A stretch of DNA of 63,923 nt, the filler included, from a candidate division TA06 bacterium SM23_40 (GTDB lineage Bacteria; LJUI01; SM1-40): the NCBI GenBank assembly GCA_001303705.1. It is 4 parts of 4 records of this genome, joined end to end, with 100 filler letters (N's around TTAATTAATTAA, not from the genome) between each part and the next. Parts side by side here need not be neighbours in the genome. Positions count along the whole stretch, not along the records: positions 1 to 25,143 come from LJUI01000019.1; 3 more parts are not named here. One strand, 5' to 3'. Positions 1 to 8,185 of this stretch are shown here, in pieces; positions within the stretch are counted from its first letter, which is position 1; the number at the start of each line of letters is the position of its first letter. Made by a program: the position numbers and the translations under genes. The notes below the pieces were generated by a model. That model worked only from the letters and a program-made list of their open reading frames with translations, was not told the DNA's origin and did no database searches.

Positions 1-546
1 CTCCTTGACCACCGAGATCGCATTATCACCATAGTGGCGGTAGATCTTGATCGCATACGTGCTCGAGATACCGTGCGACTGGAGAAAGAGCATCACGTCT
101 TTGATCTTCCGCTGCTCCTCCCAGGCCTGCGTGATGCGCGACGACCGTATCGGGCCGATACCATCCACCTCGGTGAGTCGCTCGGGATGCTCATCGATAA
201 CGTCGAGCGTCTCCAGCCCGAAGTGCTCCACGAGCCGCGCCGCCATGACCTTGCCAATTCCTTTGACGAGCCCGGAGCCGAGGTACCTCTCGATGCCCAC
301 GAGTGTGGAAGGTTTGACAGTGAGGAAGGAGTCGACTCGGAACTGCTCCCCGTACTTCCTGTCTGTCACCCATTCTCCGCGCAGCCGAAGGCTCTCCCCC
401 GGTTGGACCCCGGGCAGGCTCCCGACAGCAGTGACCAGATCGCGCTTCCCCTTCACCGCCAGCCGCACCACGCTCCAGCCGTTCTCGTCGTTCGTATAGA
501 CTACTCTCTCCAGAACGCCCTCGAAGGTCGTGGCATGATCTCCCAT
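1..546 (-). CDS. recD2: ATP-dependent RecD-like DNA helicase RecD2, N-terminal part (runs off window start)
   Basis: Not in ORF track. Manual translation from ATG at 546: MGDHATTFEGVLERVVYTNDENGWSVVRL...LRGEWVTDRKYGEQFRV...GIERYLGSGLVKGIGKVMARRLVEHFG...VDGIGP...VMLFLQSHGISSTYAIKIYRHYGDNAISVVKE, the typical RecD2 N-terminal/HhH region; open to position 1. Confidence 0.92.
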   Translation of the reverse strand, partial: MGDHATTFEGVLERVVYTNDENGWSVVRLAVKGKRDLVTAVGSLPGVQPGESLRLRGEWVTDRKYGEQFRVDSFLTVKPSTLVGIERYLGSGLVKGIGKVMAARLVEHFGLETLDVIDEHPERLTEVDGIGPIRSSRITQAWEEQRKIKDVMLFLQSHGISSTYAIKIYRHYGDNAISVVKE

Positions 547-756
547 TCTCAACGACTCCAGTGACGGCTTCGCACCGCACAGTGGCAAGATGGGGTACGC
601 ACAACAGCTATCGCCTCGCGACAGACTGCCGCGGATAGTTCAAATACTAAGATGCGAGAGCAACCCGATCAACACCTTTTTCGGGAACCGCGAGAGAGCG
701 ACTCCGAAATCTGTCTTCCACAGAGTGCAGTCATGAGCCGTGTCCCCCACCAAACG

Positions 757-789
757 CAGGGGGCAGCCCATAAGAAAGGCTGCCCCCTG
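757..789 (-). terminator. GC-rich hairpin, probable terminator downstream of 904..1989
   Basis: CAGGGGGCAGCC-cataagaaa-GGCTGCCCCCTG, 12-bp perfect stem; only a weak U tract. Confidence 0.55.
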
Positions 790-903
790 GATAGTGAGTT
801 GTTGAATTGAGCTCCGCCGCCACATGCCAGGGCATCCGGTACACCCCGCCCGGGCTGTACGTCTCGTGCCCAGCGGCACCTTGGCGCGCAAACGCCTCAC
901 AGT

Positions 904-1989
904 CTACGGAGCGATCTCCACCAGGATGCCGTCCTGCTGATCCCAGACTGGATATTGCTCACCGCACCTGATGTACAGATTCCACAGGTCGATCGGCGCG
1001 GCGTTCGGCACATGAAGATTACGGAATACGCTGATGTACGCGCCGGGCGGCAGATTCACGTGCACAGGCCCCTCAACCATCTTCGTGAACGTCGTCCCCA
1101 CACGCTGGGCCTCGAGCCAGATGTCCCGAGACATCACCATATCGGTGTGGTTCTTGATGGTGGCGTTGATCGTGAACCACTCGCCGCGATGCGTCAGGAC
1201 GTACCGCGGGTTCAGGTACTGAGTGACTGGGTACAGACCCGCATTCAGCCAAACGTCGATCTGCCAGGCGATCGATTCCTGGTGGACCGTCCACAGGTAG
1301 TGGCCGTCCCAACAGATGTCCCGCGGATTGCCCTGTGGTGCGGAGATCGTGTTGAGGAGGACACCAGTGTTTGGGTCGTAACGGTTGAGCTCCGCGGTTG
1401 TCCACTTGCTATCCCAGAAATGGGAGCCATCCCAAGCCGCACCTATGCCACCCACAACCGGGAAGGATACGACGGACCCGCCAGTGTAGTAGTCAGTCTG
1501 ATACATCATCTGGTCCTGGAAATCCGTCACCCACAGCCACTGGTCGTCCCACGGGTTGTCCCACTTCCCCCAGGCAATCCCATACCCGCCTGGTGAGGGC
1601 TGACTGTAGTAGACCTGCCCCGTGTGCTTGTCGCTGAACCACATGGTGCCTGTGTTGTATCCATTCTGGATGAGATACCGGCCATCCCAGGCCAGCCCGT
1701 GGATCCCTTCGGCTGAGGGGAACTGGTTGAGAACCGTCCCTGTCGCCGGATCGACCTCGTAAATCTCATACATGCTGCAGATAAAGAGAGTGGCATCATT
1801 CTGATCGCCCTGGCACACCCAGACGATCGACAGACCGCCACTCGGTATAGGAATGGAATGGATGGGATCATCGGTGAGATGTCTAACGCCCTGATCCGGA
1901 ACCGTAACCCCCACCCCATCCATCTCGGTAGCTACCGCCGCAACCGCGATCACGGCAAACGCTAACAGTATCGGAAGTGTGCGCCACAT
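904..1989 (-). CDS. Exported beta-propeller protein (glutaminyl-cyclase/YncE-like GxAWDG repeats) with ~110-aa C-terminal Ig-like domain
   Basis: Signal peptide MWRTLPILLAFAVIAVAAVA; repeats GLAWDG, GIAWG, GAAWDG, DICWDG; RBS GAGGAGGGAG; paralogue of 2587..3726. Confidence 0.8.
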   Translation of the reverse strand: MWRTLPILLAFAVIAVAAVATEMDGVGVTVPDQGVRHLTDDPIHSIPIPSGGLSIVWVCQGDQNDATLFICSMYEIYEVDPATGTVLNQFPSAEGIHGLAWDGRYLIQNGYNTGTMWFSDKHTGQVYYSQPSPGGYGIAWGKWDNPWDDQWLWVTDFQDQMMYQTDYYTGGSVVSFPVVGGIGAAWDGSHFWDSKWTTAELNRYDPNTGVLLNTISAPQGNPRDICWDGHYLWTVHQESIAWQIDVWLNAGLYPVTQYLNPRYVLTHRGEWFTINATIKNHTDMVMSRDIWLEAQRVGTTFTKMVEGPVHVNLPPGAYISVFRNLHVPNAAPIDLWNLYIRCGEQYPVWDQQDGILVEIAP

Positions 1990-2358
1990 CGTATACTCCC
2001 TCCTCGTCTACCTACAAATGGCTAGTCTCCCTAGAGGTGGATCGCAGATTTCTCCGGTACTCCTCCAGTACATGAAAATCGGGAGCGATCGGCCCACCCC
2101 ACTCCTCGTGGCTCTCGTCCCGCGCACTCACCCCCTTTCCCGTTGAGTCACACCACCACCTCGTCGCCCCGTCTGCCATTCTCGCTCGAGCGCGGACAGA
2201 GACAGACGAAGGCCGCTCAATCCCACAGGGGAACACTCATCCCCTCGCGGGCTTCTCCCACAGGTACACGCCCTTTCGGGCCTGCCGTCCGAGCAGACCC
2301 GCACAGGGGCCGGAAAGGCCATTGACCTCCGGGTGATGCCCGCCTATCGACCCGGGCA

Positions 2359-2387
2359 AGCATACACAAAGCTGCAAGGAAAGTCAA
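2359..2387 (-). promoter_or_regulatory. sigma70-type promoter for 904..1989 (implies ~360-nt leader)
   Basis: TTGACT-N17-TATGCT on minus strand. Confidence 0.6.
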
Positions 2388-2441
2388 GAGAAAAACAGCA
2401 CCAGCAGGGCTCTGAAACCGGAGCGGGACAATACCGGAACA

Positions 2442-2470
2442 AGGGGCAGCCCGCGTACCGGACTGTCCCT
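2442..2470 (-). terminator. Hairpin downstream of 2587..3726, probable terminator
   Basis: Minus strand AGGGACAGTCCGG-tacg-CGGGCTGCCCCT then TGTT; shares the GGGGCAGCC arm with the 757-789 hairpin. Confidence 0.5.
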
Positions 2471-2586
2471 ACCATCAGATTATCCACCTGGACCTCGCCC
2501 CTACATCACCGCCAGCGCACGCATGTACACACTCGCGACAGGGCCATGCGCTCGTCTGCCGGCCCGAGCGAGCTCTGACGTCCCTT

Positions 2587-3726
2587 CTAGGGAACGACGT
2601 TCACGACGATCCCGTCCTGGAACTCCCACTCAGGGAAATCTCCGCACTTCATATAGAGATCCCACATCCCATGAGTGGTCGGGCAACCCGGCACATACTT
2701 CGTCACGAAGACATTGTACATGATCCCCGGCGCCAGAGTGACGTGCGCGACATCCCCGACCCACGTCTCTCCCGTCCCGACCTGGTGGGCCTCCATCCAG
2801 AGGTCCACCGCGACGGGAGCATCCGTATGATTCATCACGGATGCATTGAACGTGATCTCATCACCGGGCTGTTTCTCGATGTAGCGCGGGTTCAGATAGC
2901 AGGTGACCGGGTACAGCTGGGCGTTCAACCACAGGTCGATCTGATACGCGGTCTGGTTCTCCCAGTGGATCGTCCACAGATAGTGGCCGTCCCAGCACAG
3001 ATCGCGCGGATTCCAATACGGTGTCGCAATCGTGTTGAGAAGGGCACCCGTGTTCGGATCGTACCGGCTTACGGTCGACGCTACCCAATTGCTGTCCCAG
3101 ACATGGCTCCCGTCCCACGCGGCACCAACGGTAGTGCCGGTCCCGGGGAACGAAAAGACATTGTTGCCGGTGTAATAGTCATCCTGGTAGATCATTGCAG
3201 TCCCGTGGTCGGCCACCCACAACCACTGATCATTGTACGGATTGCCCCACTTCCCCCAGGTCATACCGTACCCGCCTGAGGAGGGCTGGCTGTAGTAGAC
3301 CATGCCCGTGTTCTTATCCGTAAAATGGGCAGTGTAGGCACCGTACTCGTTCTGAATGAGATACTGCCCATCCCAGGCCAGGCCATGAGCACCAGACCCG
3401 ACAGCCGCAAAGCTGTTGAGCACATCGCCGGTGGCCGGATCGAGCTCGTACATGACCAGGTCCCACAGATCGCAGACGAAGAGCGTGCCCTCAGTCTGAT
3501 CGCCCTCACACACCCAGACGATCGTCTGCACGCCCTGTGGCGTGGGGATCGAATGGACGACGTCATCGGTCGCCTGACCAGCTACAGGCCCAGCATGAGC
3601 GACGATCTCCAGCGTGGCATCGTCACGCCCATCCCCGTCCATATCCACAACTGCCGACAGGTCTGCGGCTGCTGCCGCGAACGCGATCATGGAGATCGCC
3701 ACAAAAATAGTGAGAGTGCGTCGCAT
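2587..3726 (-). CDS. Exported beta-propeller protein with ~110-aa C-terminal Ig-like domain (tandem paralogue of 904..1989)
   Basis: Signal peptide; DxDGDG Ca-binding-like motif (DMDGDGRDD); co-linear identity with 904..1989 (GLAWDG, WGKWxNPxxDQWLWV, YPVTxYLNPRY). Confidence 0.8.
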   Translation of the reverse strand: MRRTLTIFVAISMIAFAAAAADLSAVVDMDGDGRDDATLEIVAHAGPVAGQATDDVVHSIPTPQGVQTIVWVCEGDQTEGTLFVCDLWDLVMYELDPATGDVLNSFAAVGSGAHGLAWDGQYLIQNEYGAYTAHFTDKNTGMVYYSQPSSGGYGMTWGKWGNPYNDQWLWVADHGTAMIYQDDYYTGNNVFSFPGTGTTVGAAWDGSHVWDSNWVASTVSRYDPNTGALLNTIATPYWNPRDLCWDGHYLWTIHWENQTAYQIDLWLNAQLYPVTCYLNPRYIEKQPGDEITFNASVMNHTDAPVAVDLWMEAHQVGTGETWVGDVAHVTLAPGIMYNVFVTKYVPGCPTTHGMWDLYMKCGDFPEWEFQDGIVVNVVP

Positions 3727-4072
3727 AATACTCTACCTCGCTGTTGAGTGCCCAGAATCTTGAGAGGGAGACTACGGAGTGTTCACTACCGCCACGATTG
3801 CCCTCGCTCCCCACACCACCTACTAAGGCCTCTTCTGCCCTTCCCTCACCTCCTTTCTCGGGCGCCAGCAGCCACGCCCTCTCCCGACTCTTTCCGGAGT
3901 CGCAGACCGAAAAAGCAACAGCGAGATGACCAATCGACCGGTCCCTTCGAAGGGCGTCCTGACGTCGGGCTCCTGCGCTGTACCACAGCATTGCGGAAAC
4001 ACGGCTTGAACGACGCACAACGACCAAAAAGACCGACTTGCCGAAGTGGGTTCTCGCTTCTTGACAGTGCCT

Positions 4073-4101
4073 AGAATATTGCAATCACGCCCAGAGGTCA
4101 A
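4073..4101 (-). promoter_or_regulatory. sigma70-type promoter for 2587..3726 (implies ~340-nt leader)
   Basis: TTGACC-N17-TATTCT on minus strand. Confidence 0.6.
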
Positions 4102-4157
4102 GCCAAAAGTTAGAGGAATGCAAACCGAGCGAACTTCGAAATGAATGCAGATTTCCC

Positions 4158-4205
4158 TTGACAGACTGACCGGAGTACTTTAGTATTTAAGCAGACACTT
4201 AAATA
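4158..4205 (+). promoter_or_regulatory. sigma70 promoter with overlapping ArsR/SmtB-type operator
   Basis: TTGACA(4158)-N17-TAGTAT(4181); inverted repeat TATTTAAG-cagaca-CTTAAATA at 4184-4205 directly upstream of the ArsR gene. Confidence 0.75.
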
Positions 4206-4242
4206 TTGCTGCCGGCTTTTCCACTAACAGAGACGTTCGCCA

Positions 4243-4581
4243 ATGGCTCAGTCCCAGAAGCTTGCCCGGATGTTCAAGGCACTGTCGGTCGACACGAGGG
4301 TTCAGATCGTCATGCTCCTCAGAGGGAGGGCCCTCTGTGTCAACGTCCTCGCCGCAAGACTCAATGTCTCGGCAGCGGCCGTGTCACAGCATTTGCGGGT
4401 GTTGCGCGGGGCAGATCTTGTCATCCCGGAGAAGCGGGGCTATTACGTTCACTATAGACTCAACGAGGAGACGCTGGCGAAGTGGAAGCATGCCGCCGGT
4501 CGGCTCCTCGAGACCCCCACCACGGTGCGGCCCGCTGCCTGCGCCGCCGCGAAACGCTCAAAGAAGAAGAAGGATGAGTAA
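4243..4581 (+). CDS. ArsR/SmtB family transcriptional regulator
   Basis: FKALSVDTRVQIV...LCVNVLAARLNVSAAAVSQHLRVLR...KRGYYVHYRL wHTH signature. Confidence 0.92.
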   Translation: MAQSQKLARMFKALSVDTRVQIVMLLRGRALCVNVLAARLNVSAAAVSQHLRVLRGADLVIPEKRGYYVHYRLNEETLAKWKHAAGRLLETPTTVRPAACAAAKRSKKKKDE

Positions 4582-4582
4582 C

Positions 4583-4732
4583 ATGGGTGAGGAGAAGAAG
4601 AAAGGTTGCCAGAAGCCCGAAGCCCTCAAAGGCGAGCCAGAAGAGTGCACCCCTGAACAGATCAGGGAGTGCCACGGCGACGTCAAAGACCACCCCTGTG
4701 TCGACGAGGAGAAGAAGAAGGGCAACGTCTGA
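4583..4732 (+). CDS. Small Cys/His-rich protein (49 aa), putative metal-binding
   Basis: MGEEKKKGCQKPEALKGEPEECTPEQIRECHGDVKDHPCVDEEKKKGNV starts just after the ArsR stop; alternative start 4574. Confidence 0.65.
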   Translation: MGEEKKKGCQKPEALKGEPEECTPEQIRECHGDVKDHPCVDEEKKKGNV

Positions 4733-4968
4733 ACCGGTCCCTCGTTCGCACACGGCCAGGTACCCGCGTGGTGGTCGCTGCCCCGGGAATCTGGCTGCGG
4801 AGGTGCGTTGTCTGACTGAGGGACGCTATCTGCCCGAGGGGCGCCATCTGCCTGTGGTCCTGGCTGCCTGACGAGCGCCAGCTACTCGATGAGTGTCAGC
4901 TCGCAAAGGGCCTTATCCGCCCGGGAAGTGCCAACTGCCTCCCAACGATGGAGCGCGTGCGATAGCCG

Positions 4969-5904
4969 ATGGATGAGATGATCAGAGTCCGTGGGCTCAC
5001 CCGACACTACGGTGAACTCGTCGCGGTGGACCACATCGACTTCGAGGTACACCGGGGAGAGATCTTCGGCTTCCTCGGCCCCAATGGCGCGGGGAAGACG
5101 ACTACGATCAGAATGCTCACCGGAGTCATTGACCCTACGGAAGGTTCTGCCTCAATCGACGGGCATGACATACGGACCAAGGCCATCGCAGCCCGGCGCC
5201 ACCTGGGCATCCTCCCTGAGGATGCCAACGTCTATGTGGATCTGACCGTGTGGCAGAATGTAATGCTAATGGGGGAACTGCTTGGCGCGGGACGCAGGGA
5301 ACGGCGACTGCGGGGCGAAGAGCTCCTGGAGACGTTCGGCCTCCAAGACCGCAGAGCCCAAAAGGGACGCGCGCTCTCCAAGGGGTTGCGGCAGCGGTTG
5401 ATGGTCTGCATGGCCCTGATCGGGGATCCGGACCTCCTCTTCCTCGACGAGCCCACGAGCGGCCTCGACGTGGCCAGCGCTCGCCTCATCCGTCAGATCG
5501 TGGCAGAACGAAACCGAAGGGGGTTGACGGTCTTCCTCACCACTCACAACATGGGGGAGGCGGAAGAACTCTGCGACCGGGTTGCGATCATCGACCACGG
5601 CAAGATCGCTGCGATCGATACGACCGAGGGTCTCATGCGGGTTGCGAGGTCGCGCCAGTCTGTCGACGTCGAGTTCGCCGGCGAGTCACCTCCCGCAGCC
5701 GAACTGGAGGCTATCCCCGATGTGACCGCTGTGAAGCGGGATGCCTCCAGATATGTGTTGTACTCGGAGCAACCAGGGCAGGTCGCCCAGCAGATCGCTA
5801 CCCTCGCCACAGAGCGAGGATATGATATCGCCGCTATCTCGACTCGTAAGCCCTCTCTCGAGGACGTCTATCTCTTCCTCACTGAGTCGAACGGATCTCC
5901 CTAA
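4969..5904 (+). CDS. ABC-2 type exporter ATP-binding protein (DrrA/CcmA-like)
   Basis: GPNGAGKTT, LSKGLRQR, LFLDEPTSGLD, TTHNM, C-terminal PSLEDVYL. Confidence 0.93.
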   Translation: MDEMIRVRGLTRHYGELVAVDHIDFEVHRGEIFGFLGPNGAGKTTTIRMLTGVIDPTEGSASIDGHDIRTKAIAARRHLGILPEDANVYVDLTVWQNVMLMGELLGAGRRERRLRGEELLETFGLQDRRAQKGRALSKGLRQRLMVCMALIGDPDLLFLDEPTSGLDVASARLIRQIVAERNRRGLTVFLTTHNMGEAEELCDRVAIIDHGKIAAIDTTEGLMRVARSRQSVDVEFAGESPPAAELEAIPDVTAVKRDASRYVLYSEQPGQVAQQIATLATERGYDIAAISTRKPSLEDVYLFLTESNGSP

Positions 5905-5917
5905 CGGAGGTGTGGTC

Positions 5918-6688
5918 GTGAGTACGGCGGAGAGCGGATCAGCCCTCCTCAGCCAGCAGGCCCGTGGCGCAGTGACGGTCGCAAAGAAGAATGCCCTCAT
6001 CTACTACTTCAAGCCGCCGGTGCTGATCTTCGGCGTTCTATTCCCGGTCTTCTTCTTTCTCGCTTTCAGCCTCGGCCGCAGCATGCCGGCAGATCGCATC
6101 GTGCCGGCCATGGTGGCAATGGCCCTCTGGTTCACTGCCTCCGCCGTCGGCCCGCTCGTCACTCCGTGGGAACGTACGTCTCGGACATACGAACGCCTCA
6201 TCTCCACCCCCATAGCCATCCAGGCGATCGTCGCCGGCGACGTCCTGAGTGGCTTTGCCTTCGGGATCAGCTTCTCACTTGTGCCACTCCTGCTGGGACT
6301 GGCCTTCACCGACACAGCAGTGGCCTCCGCAACATCCCTTGTCTGCGGAATCGTACTGGGTGCGCTGGCGTTTTCATCACTCGGCGTACTCCTCGCCGCA
6401 CCGCCCGTGCACGGCCCCTCATACATTATGATGCTCTCCAACCTCGTCCGACTCCCCCTCCTGTTCGTGAGCGGGATATTCGTGCCGATTGCCGAGATGC
6501 CGGCCTGGGCACGATGGCTCGCACCGATCTCCCCGCTCTCGTACTGTGCCGACTGTATCAGGCGCGGCTTCGGGGAGACCGGCTATTTCCCCTTCTGGCT
6601 GAACCCGCTCATGCTTGTCCTCTTCTCCGCTCTCTTCTCATGGGCTGCGTGTCGCTTTCACATTCGCTCACGCGCCCACGGATTGTAG
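5918..6688 (+). CDS. ABC-2 type exporter permease
   Basis: Six hydrophobic segments, ERTSRTYERLISTP, LFVSGIFVPIAEMPAWARWLAPISPLSY; GTG start after GGAGG. Confidence 0.9.
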   Translation: MSTAESGSALLSQQARGAVTVAKKNALIYYFKPPVLIFGVLFPVFFFLAFSLGRSMPADRIVPAMVAMALWFTASAVGPLVTPWERTSRTYERLISTPIAIQAIVAGDVLSGFAFGISFSLVPLLLGLAFTDTAVASATSLVCGIVLGALAFSSLGVLLAAPPVHGPSYIMMLSNLVRLPLLFVSGIFVPIAEMPAWARWLAPISPLSYCADCIRRGFGETGYFPFWLNPLMLVLFSALFSWAACRFHIRSRAHGL

Positions 6689-7462
6689 CCCGTCATCGAG
6701 CCCCAGGAGCGCTGCGATCTCACGTGCGTTCTTCACGGCATAGGCGTGAAGGTCGTTATTGAAGTACACGTACACATCGCGCCCGTTGTCGAGCTGTCCA
6801 TTGATCCACGTAGCCCAGGGGCGGAGCTGCTGGCGCGTATAGCAGCCGGAGTGTACACGGGGGCGGCCATGAAACCGGACATAGATGAAGTCTGCCGTCT
6901 CCACCCGCGGTACTTCGAGTCCCTCTCGATCAGGAAGGCAGAGGGCGACGCCAGCCTCTTCGAGGCGTGAGTAGACCTTGTCGTCGAACCATGTGGCGTG
7001 TCGGAACTCGAGAGTGAAGCGCATCCCCTCGGCGCCGATATCACGACACGTCTCCCCGATGAGCGCCAAGAAGTCACCCAACAGGGCATCGTCCCGATGC
7101 ACTCCAGGAGGGAGCTGGATGAGGATCGGCCCGAGATGCTCATCGAGCCGCCGGGCTCGGACAAGAAATGACGCGACGTCTTGCTCCACGTTCACCAGCC
7201 GCTTGCGGTGCGTGACCATCCGCCACATCTTGACCGCGTAGATGAAGTCCTCGGGAGCTTTCGCCGCCCAGGAGTCGAATGTCTTCTCGGGAAACAGCCG
7301 ATAGAAGGTCGCGTTCAGCTCTACCGTCGAGAATGTCTTCGCGAAGAACGCGAACCAATCCTTCTTCGCCACATCAGGGGCGTAGAAAGGGCCGCGCCAG
7401 TGATCGTAGGACCACCCTGACGTGCCCACATACGGCTTCCCCCGGGAACCTCGAGGCGTCAC
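6668..7462 (-). CDS. DUF72 domain protein (YecE-like)
   Basis: YVGTSGWSYDHW, TVELNATFY, LGPILIQLPP, EFRHATW, YVRFHG, YVYFNND. Confidence 0.93.
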   Translation of the reverse strand: MTPRGSRGKPYVGTSGWSYDHWRGPFYAPDVAKKDWFAFFAKTFSTVELNATFYRLFPEKTFDSWAAKAPEDFIYAVKMWRMVTHRKRLVNVEQDVASFLVRARRLDEHLGPILIQLPPGVHRDDALLGDFLALIGETCRDIGAEGMRFTLEFRHATWFDDKVYSRLEEAGVALCLPDREGLEVPRVETADFIYVRFHGRPRVHSGCYTRQQLRPWATWINGQLDNGRDVYVYFNNDLHAYAVKNAREIAALLGLDDGLQSVGA

Positions 7463-7492
7463 CGCTCTCCACCTCCTCTCTCTGCCTTCTAG

Positions 7493-7726
7493 ATTCTGTG
7501 TGCCGTGGGGATCCTCTCTGCCACGTGGATTCTATCTGCCGCGGGGATCCTGTCTGCCGTAGGGTCTCTGTCTGCCCCTCGGATCCTGTCTGAGGTAAGA
7601 ATCTTGTCTGCCGTGGGGTCTCTATCTGCCCCGCGGCTCCTGTCCGCCGCGGGGTCTCTGTCTGACCCGGAAGTCCTGTCTGACCCGGAAGTCCTGTCTG
7701 CCATAGGGAATCTGTCTATCACAGTG
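7493..7726. repeat. Degenerate 18-nt tandem repeat, ~13 copies
   Basis: Core CTGTCTGCC every 18 nt (e.g. ATCCTGTCTGCCGTAGGG); no unique spacers. Confidence 0.9.
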
Positions 7727-7855
7727 ATCCTGCGTGGTACGGCGATCAAGCGCCCGCACGCCTCCCCCGGCATATCTCTCATTGACGATCCTCGAGTAGT
7801 GCGTGTATGATCGATCTAATTCCGACCGCCGAGTTCGACGAAACGGGAGCAGGTG

Positions 7856-8090
7856 GCCCTTTCAACGGGAGCGTGTAGCCCCTCCAACAGGAGCGTATGA
7901 CCCCTTCAACAGAAGCGTGCGGCCCTTTCAACAGAAGCGTGTGGCCCCGTTCAACACGAGCGTGCGGCCCTTCAACGGAAGCGTACGGCCCTTCAACGGA
8001 GGCGTGCGGCCCTTCAACAGGAGCGTGCGGCCCTTCAACAGGAGCCCATCACTCCTTCAACGGGGAGGTGTCACCCGTTCACCAGGACCG
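7856..8090. repeat. Degenerate 21-23-nt tandem repeat, ~11 copies
   Basis: Consensus CCCTTCAACAGGAGCGTGCGG. Confidence 0.9.
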
Positions 8091-8185
8091 CCCACCCTGA
8101 GAAGAGAGGGACAGGCACTCAGTCTCGCAACGTCGCCCGACCTGCCCTCATCCTGACATGAGAGGACATCAGATCCGAGGGTGCT

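Noticed and set aside
34-564. 176-aa plus-strand ORF
   Set aside because: Antisense shadow of recD2, which the track missed because it runs off the window.
7856-8090. CsrB-like sRNA
   Set aside because: GGA is missing from several units (AGAAG, ACGAG) and is not in consistent hairpin loops.
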